Part shown: positions 7,293 through 14,582 of the stretch, in pieces
Layout: each line of letters starts with the position of its first letter
How positions within the stretch are numbered: the first letter of the stretch is position 1
NCBI RefSeq assembly: GCF_000619845.1
Contig: NZ_JHUX01000003.1
Coordinates: 400,064 to 432,063, forward strand
DNA from: Alkanindiges illinoisensis DSM 15370
GTDB lineage: Bacteria > Pseudomonadota > Gammaproteobacteria > Pseudomonadales > Moraxellaceae
Length of the DNA: 32,000 nt
Direction of reading: 5' to 3'
Made by a program: the position numbers and the translations under genes
The notes under the pieces: model-generated
Database searches by the model: none
Seen by the model: the letters and a program-made list of their open reading frames with translations, nothing else
Told to the model about the DNA's origin: nothing

Positions 7293-8744
7293 TTAAAGCT
7301 TGGATGAGCTGGTTTTCTTACCTAAAGTAACCTGAAGGGCCAGTTCCATAAAACGGCCAAACGGGGCCTGTAGCAGGCTTGGCAGATTCCAGCGCCCCTG
7401 GTCAAAGACACCTTTGGCATGACTCATGGAGCGGAAGCCTTCAATACCGTGATAGGCCCCCATACCACTGGCACCAACGCCACCAAAGGGCAGGTCATCC
7501 TGTGCCACATGAATAATGGTGTTATTGAGACCCACATTGCCCGAGGTAGTCCGTTTAAGCACTTTCTGGCAGTCTGCATCTTTTTCGCCAAAATAATACA
7601 GGGCCAGTGGACGTGGGCGATGATTGATATAGTCAATCACCTCATCAATACTGCGATAGGTGCGAACAGGCAGGATTGGGCCAAAAATTTCTTCCTGCAT
7701 GATGGCATCATCATCATGAGCGCCGACCACCAGTGTGGGTGCCAGCGTACGTACGCGGTTAGCCGCAGACTCCGGTTTTACCCCAACTTCAATCACGCGT
7801 GCACCCTTTTGACGGGCATCGTCCAGCAGATTTTGTAAGCGGTCATAATGGCGGTCATTCACAATGGAAGTGTAATCATTGCTATGAGGCCCATCAGGAT
7901 AAAAGCGGCTAACCGTGGCATGATATTGCTGGATAAAATCCTCAACATCATCTTCATGCACCAGCGCATAATCGGGTGCAACACAAGTTTGCCCACCATT
8001 TGACAGCTTGCCATAGGCAATACTGCGTATGGTTCGTTCATTGACCTGACCACGGGCAACGATCACTGGACTCTTACCACCTAGTTCAAGGGTGAGTGGC
8101 ACCAGATTGTCACTGGCGGCTTGCATCACCTTGCGGCCAACTGGTGTGCTGCCTGTAAACAACAAATGATCAAACGGCAGGCGACTAAACGCCGCACCAA
8201 CTTCCGGCCCACCCAGCACCACGGCTACTTCTTCCACGGGAAAGGTGGCGGCCAGCATGCGCTCAAGTACTTCACTGGTACGGGGCGTGAGCTCAGAAGG
8301 TTTAAGCATAGCCCGATTACCGGCGGCTAGTGCCGTTGCCAGCGGAATCAGGGTTAGGGAAACCGGATAGTTCCATGGTGCCATCACACCAACAATACCT
8401 TTGGGCTGGTATTCCACATGGGCTTGCGCGCTGCGGTAGAACAAACTGACATGGCGGCGCTCGAGTTTCATAAAGCGGCGCAGGTGCCGGGATAAATAAT
8501 CAATGGACTGTACAACACCCACCAGTTCCATGACATCGGTTTCATGATAGGAGCGGTGGCCAAAGTCTGCACTGATGGCTTGTTGCAGCTCACTACGATA
8601 TTCAAGGACGGCTGCACGCAATTTGGCAAGCTGTGCCTTGCGTTGTTTCAGGTTTGCAGGCTCTGTGTTTAGAAAAGCCATGCGCTGACGGGCGAGAATG
8701 TCAGCCGCAGTGCTAGTACTATTCAATTCTTGTGCATTTGTCAT
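7293..8744 (-). CDS. NAD(P)+-dependent aldehyde dehydrogenase, class-3 / coniferyl-aldehyde dehydrogenase-like
   Basis: ALDH signatures are present: LTLELGGKSP (catalytic Glu), GQTCVAPDY (catalytic Cys), FTGST.VG and EEIFGPILPV. The length of 483 aa and the N-terminal coiled segment are typical of the CalB-like subgroup. Confidence 0.9.
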   Translation of the reverse strand: MTNAQELNSTSTAADILARQRMAFLNTEPANLKQRKAQLAKLRAAVLEYRSELQQAISADFGHRSYHETDVMELVGVVQSIDYLSRHLRRFMKLERRHVSLFYRSAQAHVEYQPKGIVGVMAPWNYPVSLTLIPLATALAAGNRAMLKPSELTPRTSEVLERMLAATFPVEEVAVVLGGPEVGAAFSRLPFDHLLFTGSTPVGRKVMQAASDNLVPLTLELGGKSPVIVARGQVNERTIRSIAYGKLSNGGQTCVAPDYALVHEDDVEDFIQQYHATVSRFYPDGPHSNDYTSIVNDRHYDRLQNLLDDARQKGARVIEVGVKPESAANRVRTLAPTLVVGAHDDDAIMQEEIFGPILPVRTYRSIDEVIDYINHRPRPLALYYFGEKDADCQKVLKRTTSGNVGLNNTIIHVAQDDLPFGGVGASGMGAYHGIEGFRSMSHAKGVFDQGRWNLPSLLQAPFGRFMELALQVTLGKKTSSSKL

Positions 8745-8784
8745 TTGAGATTTCCCGGTGTCATCGCAGTGAAAAGCCGTCTAT

Positions 8785-9690
8785 TCAAAGCCCTTTATTT
8801 AAAGGCGTAGGCATATTCAGTACCAGTTGAGCATCCTTAACAACATCTAGACGCAGGATTTTTGCAGCACCTAGTCCATCCAGTAACTGGCTTAACGGGC
8901 CGCCATGCCGTACCAGTTTTACCTTTTTGGGGAAAAGCTGCTGGGCAAATGACAATGTATTGGACTGTACCGATGTGCTGTGCCATACCCCATCCACCTG
9001 ATGAATCATGGTCTTGGTTTCCAGATGCGATTGTGGTTTGACCTGTTGTAGTTTAGGTGTGGGCAGGGTTAAGGTCAGGTCAGTGTTGCCATCAGTATTT
9101 AAGATACTGGCTTGCACTTCTGAGCCAATATCAAGGCTAATATCGGTGAGCCATTTGGGGAGCTGATAACCATAGACACCGCGTGTCCGGGCAATTTCCG
9201 TGTTAACCGGTAAAGCCAGCACATGGGCAAAGAAGCTGCGACGGCGCATGGCATCCAGCAACTCCAGCGCATGAGATCCTGTAGCACCCGGCTGGCGAAT
9301 CACGACGGCTACCGATACCTCATCGTAGGGGTCGTTGTCGCATACTGCGTAGGAAAAGAAAGTTAAAGCCACCAGACCAAATCCCGGAAAAGCTTGCAGC
9401 GGTTCAAGCGGGCTGGGCAAGGCAGCGCGTAGCTTGCTCATCGGCGCGAGCATGAGTAACTGGACATTGCTGCTACGGTAGTAAAAATTCGGTGCCCAGA
9501 CTGGACCAACCCGTGAATTCACCCGCTGCTTGGGGATTCTGCGAAAAAAATCCACATTACCAGCAGCAGGATCCTTGGCAACCTCATCCAGATTGGGATG
9601 CATATGAAAACGGTCATAGTAGCCCCCTTTAGGAACTTCTACGGTTTGGCTACCAAATTTAACTTCAACATGCTGTTGTGCTGTATTCAT
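8785..9690 (-). CDS. Acetoacetate-decarboxylase-like family protein, paralog 2 (no signal peptide)
   Basis: It is collinear with the 4793-5845 product. My hand alignment gives 219 identical of 296 aligned positions. The ARTRGVYGYQLPKW motif is the same. It starts at MNTAQQHVEV, which aligns with residue ~43 of paralog 1. Confidence 0.55.
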   Translation of the reverse strand: MNTAQQHVEVKFGSQTVEVPKGGYYDRFHMHPNLDEVAKDPAAGNVDFFRRIPKQRVNSRVGPVWAPNFYYRSSNVQLLMLAPMSKLRAALPSPLEPLQAFPGFGLVALTFFSYAVCDNDPYDEVSVAVVIRQPGATGSHALELLDAMRRRSFFAHVLALPVNTEIARTRGVYGYQLPKWLTDISLDIGSEVQASILNTDGNTDLTLTLPTPKLQQVKPQSHLETKTMIHQVDGVWHSTSVQSNTLSFAQQLFPKKVKLVRHGGPLSQLLDGLGAAKILRLDVVKDAQLVLNMPTPLNKGL

Positions 9691-9764
9691 GATGGTTGAC
9701 CTTTATTGTTGACGGACTGGCGAAACAGCCTTGACGACAAGCGAATTCATTGCTGTTAAAACAT

Positions 9765-9795
9765 ACTATAAGTTTTAAGTTCACTTTAAGGTCAA
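9765..9795 (-). promoter_or_regulatory. MerR-type promoter with 19-bp spacer (site S2), driving ADC-like paralog 2 and ALDH
   Basis: The minus strand reads TTGACC-TTAAAGTGAACTTAAAACT-TATAGT. The dyad is TTAAAGT-GA-ACTTAAA. Confidence 0.55.
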
Positions 9796-9879
9796 GCGAA
9801 AAAATGCAGTTTTTCTCATAAATGTAGAAAGTGTTTGTAGTGCTTCAGCGTTTTTTATTAGTCATAAATTTAAAAGCCA

Positions 9880-9910
9880 TTGACCTTAAGGTGAGCTTTG
9901 GGTCTACAGT
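9880..9910 (+). promoter_or_regulatory. MerR-type promoter with 19-bp spacer (site S1), driving the alpha/beta hydrolase gene
   Basis: The plus strand reads TTGACC-TTAAGGTGAGCTTTGGGTC-TACAGT. It lies back-to-back with S2 in the same divergent intergenic region. Confidence 0.5.
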
Positions 9911-10029
9911 CAGGATGCGATATTACAGCTTGCTTTGTTGATAATAGCCCGGCATCACTCTTTATCGGTCTGGGTTATCGACAACAGGTGTTCTTATTGG
10001 AAACTGTTCTATGACACAGGAGAATAAGC

Positions 10030-10860
10030 ATGGCATACGTCACAACAAAAGACGGTGTTGAGATTTTTTATAAAGACTGGGGCCCGCGGGATGCCCAGGT
10101 GATTTTCTTTCATCATGGCTGGCCCTTGAGTTCTGATGACTGGGATGCCCAGATGATGTTTTTTTTAGATCAGGGTTTTCGGGTAGTGGCGCATGACCGC
10201 CGTGGGCATGGCCGTTCCAGTCAGGTCTGGGATGGTCACGACATGGATCATTATGCCGATGATGTAGCAGCCGTGGTTAACCAGCTAGGCGTGCAGGGTG
10301 CAATCCATGTGGGGCACTCAACCGGCGGTGGCGAAGTGGTGCGCTACCTGACGCGGCATAGAGATGACCCTGTGCCCAAGGCGGTATTAATTAGTGCTGT
10401 ACCACCCTTAATGGTCAAGACCGACAGCAATCCGGGCGGCTTACCCAAAAAGGTATTTGATGACTTTCAGGCCAAGCTGGCCGCCAATCGGGCAGAATTT
10501 TATAATGAGATTCCTTCTGGCCCTTTTTATAACTATAACCGCCCCGGTGTGGAAGCTTCTGAACCAGTGATCAGGAACTGGTGGCGGCAGGGTATGATGG
10601 GTGGTGCCAAGGCGCATTATGATGGCATTGTGGCTTTCTCCCAGACTGATTTTACCGAAGACCTCAAGCAAATCACCATTCCTGTGCTGGTCATGCATGG
10701 CGATGATGATCAGGTGGTGCCTTATGAAAATTCTGGCCCATTGTCCGCCAAGCTGCTGCAAAACGGCACGTTAAAGACCTACAAGGATTTTCCACACGGG
10801 ATGCCCACAACGCATGCCGAAACCATCAATGCCGATCTTCTGGCATTTATTAAAAGTTAA
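10030..10860 (+). CDS. Alpha/beta hydrolase, non-heme (cofactor-free) haloperoxidase / perhydrolase / arylesterase family
   Basis: The N-terminus is typical of the family: TKDGVEIFYKDWGP...VIFFHHGWPLSSDDWD.QM.F....GFRV.AHDRRGHGRS. It has the nucleophile elbow GHSTGG. An Asp (HGDDDQVVP) and a His (FPHGMP) are positioned to complete the triad. Confidence 0.85.
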   Translation: MAYVTTKDGVEIFYKDWGPRDAQVIFFHHGWPLSSDDWDAQMMFFLDQGFRVVAHDRRGHGRSSQVWDGHDMDHYADDVAAVVNQLGVQGAIHVGHSTGGGEVVRYLTRHRDDPVPKAVLISAVPPLMVKTDSNPGGLPKKVFDDFQAKLAANRAEFYNEIPSGPFYNYNRPGVEASEPVIRNWWRQGMMGGAKAHYDGIVAFSQTDFTEDLKQITIPVLVMHGDDDQVVPYENSGPLSAKLLQNGTLKTYKDFPHGMPTTHAETINADLLAFIKS

Positions 10861-10901
10861 GTGTTGTGGCCGCATAAAAGCCACCACTGCTAATAAACGC
10901 A

Positions 10902-10926
10902 TGGGCTATTCATAGAGGATAGCCCA
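10902..10926. terminator. Hairpin between convergent genes (hydrolase + / merR -)
   Basis: TGGGCTAT (10902-10909) pairs with ATAGCCCA (10919-10926), with a 9-nt loop. On the minus strand it is followed by TGCGTTTATT. Confidence 0.35.
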
Positions 10927-10929
10927 ACC

Positions 10930-11340
10930 TCAATTTGCATCAGGAAAATAGACCTTAAACAGGCGTTGCGCATTTTCTTCACAGCTAATTTCATCAGGCT
11001 TGTCATTAATGGCCTGAATCAGCGTTATCAGATTTTGTTTATTCTCAGCCAGTTTTTTTTCCAGTGCTTCAATTTCACTGACTTTCTGGTTCAGGCTCTC
11101 AATCAGTTTGTCATGGTTCCAAATCGTCATATTGCCTGGCAGCAGGGATTTGATTTCAGCTAAGGAAAAGCCCGCCTGTTGCGCCTGTTTGATCAGTAAT
11201 AATTGTTGAAGGTCAGTATCGCTATACTCGCGATACCCATTGGCTTTACGTTTGGCTTTCGGCAACAGTTTAATTTGTTCATAGTAACGGATGGTTGGGG
11301 TATTCAATCCACTTAAGCGGGAGAGTTCACTAATATTCAT
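10930..11340 (-). CDS. MerR-family transcriptional regulator (short effector region, single Cys, no metal or Fe-S cysteine cluster)
   Basis: The N-terminal wHTH is MNISELSRLSGLNTPTIRYYEQIKLLP...NGYREYSDTDLQQLLLIKQAQQAGFSLAEIKSLL, followed by a coiled-coil dimerisation helix. Start ambiguity: the ATG at 11340 gives the canonical N-terminus. The ATG at 11361 (MSIGQTE...) would be nearly leaderless relative to promoter S5. Confidence 0.85.
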   Translation of the reverse strand: MNISELSRLSGLNTPTIRYYEQIKLLPKAKRKANGYREYSDTDLQQLLLIKQAQQAGFSLAEIKSLLPGNMTIWNHDKLIESLNQKVSEIEALEKKLAENKQNLITLIQAINDKPDEISCEENAQRLFKVYFPDAN

Positions 11341-11350
11341 CTCGGTTTGT

Positions 11351-11404
11351 CCTATTGACATTCAAGCTTACTTTAGGCCTAGAGTGCACTTGAATGTCAA
11401 TAGG
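11351..11404. promoter_or_regulatory. Mirror-symmetric control region: two overlapping divergent 19-bp-spacer promoters (S4 + strand, S5 - strand) inside a perfect 16-bp inverted repeat
   Basis: CCTATTGACATTCAAG (11351-11366) pairs with CTTGAATGTCAATAGG (11389-11404). S4 (+) is TTGACA(11355-60)-TTCAAGCTTACTTTAGGCC-TAGAGT(11380-85). S5 (-) is TTGACA(11400-11395)-TTCAAGTGCACTCTAGGCC-TAAAGT(11375-11370). Confidence 0.55.
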
Positions 11405-11505
11405 GATAAGCCCGCTTTTGCGGTAATTTTTCTGGGTAGCAGGCCACAAAATTATGGGTGTTACTACAACTGCAAACCCAGCTTACCTTTGTGTTCAAAA
11501 AACAG

Positions 11506-11536
11506 TTGACATTCAAGTTAGCTTTAACATTAAAGT
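11506..11536 (+). promoter_or_regulatory. MerR-type promoter with 19-bp spacer (site S6), proximal promoter of the DJ-1/epimerase pair
   Basis: TTGACA-TTCAAGTTAGCTTTAACAT-TAAAGT. The dyad is TTCAAGT-TA-GCTTTAA. It lies 85 nt upstream of the ATG at 11621. Confidence 0.55.
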
Positions 11537-11620
11537 CTTTGCCATGGCACAAACGATGCAACGTTTGATGAACATGTTCCACCATAGTACCTATGACAAT
11601 AATCATTGAGGAATCCAGAA

Positions 11621-12427
11621 ATGTTCAAGACTCGAAATGCTTCACACGGTTTGCTCGCGATGTTTGCCTTAATGTTTAGTATGAACTCGACGCAAGCTGT
11701 TGAACCTACTCCTGTAACTACTCAATCCGCTGCTATGGGAAAAATTTTGGTGGTAATGACCAATCATTCGGCTTATCCCACCCGTCAGGACAAGACAGGC
11801 TTATGGTTTACTGAACTAACAGAATTCTACGATGTCATGCAGGCAGCAGGGTTGCAAATGGACTTTACCAGCCCTGAAGGCGGCGAGATTCCCCTGGATG
11901 ATCGTAGTATGAAACCTATTTATCTCAATGCTGATGCACGTAAACATCTGGCCGATCCGGCATTTATGGCACGTCTTAAAACAACCTTACCAGCCCGTTC
12001 AATTGATCCATCGCAATATAAGGCCATTTATTATACGGGTGGTCATGGCACCATGTGGGATTTTCCCAATAACAAAGATCTAAAGAAAATCAGTGAACAG
12101 ATCTATCGCCAGGGCGGTATGGTGACAGCAGTGTGTCATGGTGTTGCCGGATTACTGCCGCTACAGGACGATCAGGGTCAGCCACTGATTAGTGGACGTA
12201 CAGTCACCGGTTTTTCCAATACTGAGGAGGTACTTGCAGGCATTAAATCACAGGTTCCTTTCTTATTGCAGGATGAGTTAAGCAAACGTGGTGCGCACTA
12301 CAAGAAAGCCCTAATTCCATTCACCTCGTATGCAGTCACTGATGACCGGGTTATTACAGGTCAGAATCCGCAGTCAGGCGGTGAGGTTGGTAAAGCGTTG
12401 CTTAAGCGTCTAAATGCTGGGAAGTAA
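11621..12427 (+). CDS. DJ-1/PfpI superfamily protein, Hsp31-like (glyoxalase III/deglycase-type), predicted exported
   Basis: YTGGHGTMWDF...VTAVCHGVAGLL matches the Hsp31 nucleophile-elbow region as I recall it (GGHG...CHGP). A strong SD (GAGGAA) precedes the ATG at 11621. The N-terminus MFKTRNASHGLLAMFALMFSMNSTQA/VEP looks like a Sec signal peptide. Confidence 0.8.
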   Translation: MFKTRNASHGLLAMFALMFSMNSTQAVEPTPVTTQSAAMGKILVVMTNHSAYPTRQDKTGLWFTELTEFYDVMQAAGLQMDFTSPEGGEIPLDDRSMKPIYLNADARKHLADPAFMARLKTTLPARSIDPSQYKAIYYTGGHGTMWDFPNNKDLKKISEQIYRQGGMVTAVCHGVAGLLPLQDDQGQPLISGRTVTGFSNTEEVLAGIKSQVPFLLQDELSKRGAHYKKALIPFTSYAVTDDRVITGQNPQSGGEVGKALLKRLNAGK

Positions 12428-12475
12428 TTTATATGCTGGGAAATTATCTGTAATTGATTAGTGAGGAGAAGCGTC

Positions 12476-13402
12476 ATGCAAACGATATTAGGTGCGAATG
12501 GCCAGATTGGTCGAGAAGTGGCAATCTGCTTAAAGGAAAGTTTTACTGACGATATTCGTCTGGTCAGCAGAAAACCGCAAAAGGTGAATGACACGGATCA
12601 ACTGTTTAGCGCAGATTTACTTGATCCCCAGCAGGCGCTTGATGCTGTTGAAGGTTCGGACATCGTTTACATGACGGTCGGACTGCCGATGGATACCGAG
12701 CTATGGGTGAAGCAGTGGCCAATTCTCATGCACAATGTGATTGAGGCCTGTATCACCCATAGCGCCAAGCTGGTGTATTTTGATAACACCTATATGTATC
12801 CGCAAACTGCAACGCCGCAAACCGAAACAACTCCATTTTTACCCAACGGGGCTAAGGGTAAGGTTCGTGCCGACATTGTCAATGAGCTGCTTGAAGCGAT
12901 GGCGCAAAAACGGATACAGGCAGTAATCTGCCGGGCACCAGAATTTTATGGGCCGGGTATCACGCAAAGTATTACCAACAGTACCATTATCGACAATATC
13001 AAGGCCGGGAAAAAACCCAAGGTGTTTTTACGCGATGATACCTTACGTAGCCTGATTTATACCCCGGATGCCAGTCGTGCGATGGCGCTGCTGGGTAATA
13101 CGCCTGATGCGTATGGACAGACCTGGCATCTACCCGCTGATGATCAGCGTCTGACCTATCGTCAGTTTATTGAGTTGGCAGCACAGATCTTTAAGGTTGA
13201 TCCAAGTTATACAGTGGTTAAAAACTGGCAGCTCAAGCTGGGTGGGCTTTTTAATAAAACGATTCGTGACGCAGCCGAGTTATTGCCACGCTACAAAGTC
13301 GACAATATCTTTGTTTCAGATAAATTTAAGCAACGGTTTCCAGAGTTTAAAGTCACAACTTTTAGAGAAGGGCTAACCGCCATTCGGGATGAAAAGGGTT
13401 AA
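12476..13402 (+). CDS. NAD(P)-binding epimerase/dehydratase-family protein (atypical/extended SDR)
   Basis: The N-terminal glycine motif is ILGANGQIGREV, and the overall pattern is that of an extended SDR. The SD GAGGAG lies 7 nt before the ATG at 12476. A gap of only 48 nt from the DJ-1 gene suggests co-transcription. Confidence 0.8.
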   Translation: MQTILGANGQIGREVAICLKESFTDDIRLVSRKPQKVNDTDQLFSADLLDPQQALDAVEGSDIVYMTVGLPMDTELWVKQWPILMHNVIEACITHSAKLVYFDNTYMYPQTATPQTETTPFLPNGAKGKVRADIVNELLEAMAQKRIQAVICRAPEFYGPGITQSITNSTIIDNIKAGKKPKVFLRDDTLRSLIYTPDASRAMALLGNTPDAYGQTWHLPADDQRLTYRQFIELAAQIFKVDPSYTVVKNWQLKLGGLFNKTIRDAAELLPRYKVDNIFVSDKFKQRFPEFKVTTFREGLTAIRDEKG

Positions 13403-13517
13403 GCAGCAGCGTTATGAGTACGACGTTGAGAAGGACCATGACTTGCCTTGGATTAAATACTTGCAGAGGGTAGGAGCACATGAAAATATTATATGGTCCT
13501 GAAAGTCGTGCTCAAAG

Positions 13518-14582
13518 ATGATTTCTAGTCCGACCAATGAACAAGACTCTGAAGATTATGTACTGGCCAGCATTCTGGAGCAATGTCTTGCCAACTGGCG
13601 TCGACATGGCATTAACACCGATGCCTTAAGTCATATGGTTGGTGTTGATCTGGCAAAAGCAGCGGCAAGTCCAGAAGGCTGGATCAGTGTCCGGTTACTG
13701 GAAGACATGGTACAAAAAATAGCCTGGTTTGCACCTGACCCGCTACTGGGCCTGCATGCTGCCAGTATGGAGGATATGGGCGGTTTTGGCGTATTGGGCT
13801 ATCTTGAGCAAACCTGTGGCACCTTGCAGGAAATTTACGATGCGACCATGCGTTATGAGCGGTTAGTCAGCGATATTGGCACCACCACACTACGGCATGA
13901 ACCGGGTATGGTTTTTTGCATCTGGCACTGTAAAACCGAAGATCCGCTGTTTCGCCGGCATGCCACCGAATTTATTTTAGGCTGCTGGGTACGCCATATC
14001 CGCTTTGCCAGATTGCCGCTGAGCAAACTATTAAAAGAAGTGCATTTTAGTCATCCTGCGCCAAGCAACCCTGCCTTACAGGCAGACTACGAGAATTATT
14101 TTGGCTGCCCGGTTAAGTTTGATCAGCCCGAATCAGCATGGGTGGTGCCTGTCGAGATGATGACTGCCCGGTTAAGGCTACCTAGTCCTAGTTTACAGCT
14201 TACCTTAGAGCGTCATGCTCGCCTGTTGCTGAGTGAACGACGTAAAAAACCGTCATTACGGGAGCGCATCAAGAGCCAGTTACGGGTATTACTGATGAAG
14301 GGCAATATTTCCCGGGATTATCTGGCCAGTGAGCTTGGCGTGAGCAGCCGCCATTTACATCGGCAGTTACAAAGTGCAGGGAGTAGCTATAGTCAGCTGG
14401 TCAATGAACTACGCATTGAGATGGCCAAAACTTTACTACAAGACCCATTGTTAAGTGTCGACGCAGTAGCACAGCGCTTGGGGTTTAGTGAAGCAACGCC
14501 GTTTATTCGCTGGTTCCGGCAGCATTTTGGCAATACCCCCAGACAATATCGTCAGCAGTTAAATGCTGATACACCACAATAA
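13518..14582 (+). CDS. AraC/XylS-family transcriptional regulator with an N-terminal AraC-binding-like (OruR/virulence-regulator type) sensor domain
   Basis: The C-terminal double HTH reads ISRDYLASELGVSSRHLHRQLQSAGSSYSQLVNELRIEMAKTLLQD..LSVDAVAQRLGFSEATPFIRWFRQHFGNTPRQYR. Confidence 0.9.
   Translation: MISSPTNEQDSEDYVLASILEQCLANWRRHGINTDALSHMVGVDLAKAAASPEGWISVRLLEDMVQKIAWFAPDPLLGLHAASMEDMGGFGVLGYLEQTCGTLQEIYDATMRYERLVSDIGTTTLRHEPGMVFCIWHCKTEDPLFRRHATEFILGCWVRHIRFARLPLSKLLKEVHFSHPAPSNPALQADYENYFGCPVKFDQPESAWVVPVEMMTARLRLPSPSLQLTLERHARLLLSERRKKPSLRERIKSQLRVLLMKGNISRDYLASELGVSSRHLHRQLQSAGSSYSQLVNELRIEMAKTLLQDPLLSVDAVAQRLGFSEATPFIRWFRQHFGNTPRQYRQQLNADTPQ

Noticed and set aside
5215-8330. Antisense or alternative-frame ORFs within the ADC-like, QOR and ALDH genes (5215-5622, 6131-6334, 6483-6809, 6864-7227, 7419-7838, 7424-7636, 7859-8059, 8121-8330)
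   Set aside because: Each lies wholly inside a gene with strong family motifs on the other strand or frame. They are typical shadow ORFs.
9696-9726. TTGACCTTTATTGTTGACGG just upstream of the ADC-like paralog 2 start codon (+ strand)
   Set aside because: It shares only the -35 part of the motif. No -10 hexamer lies 17-19 bp downstream (the sequence there is CGAAAC), and it has no right half-dyad.
10383-10418. Minus-strand TTGACC-ATTAAGGGTGGTACAGCAC-TAATTA inside the hydrolase gene, which looks like a seventh 19-bp-spacer site
   Set aside because: It is intragenic and has a 1-nt insertion relative to the box. The -10 lacks the invariant final T. It is most likely chance.
10930-11340. Whether the MerR-family regulator is SoxR, CueR, ZntR or NmlR/AdhR
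   Set aside because: The protein has a single Cys near the C-terminus. It has no CX2CXCX5C Fe-S motif, no C-terminal metal-loop cysteine pair, and no Cys at the NmlR/AdhR position (~52). Only a family-level call is justified.
11351-11404. Whether the 54-bp element with 16-bp perfect terminal inverted repeats is a MITE or an IS end
   Set aside because: It is too short and has no flanking target duplication. Its arms coincide exactly with -35 elements of a promoter design that recurs elsewhere without the repeat.
11291-11606. ORFs 11291-11509 (+) and 11397-11606 (-) in the merR/DJ-1 intergenic region
   Set aside because: The region is filled with the inverted repeat and three promoter copies. 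The ORFs have no SD and odd composition, so a regulatory reading is better supported.
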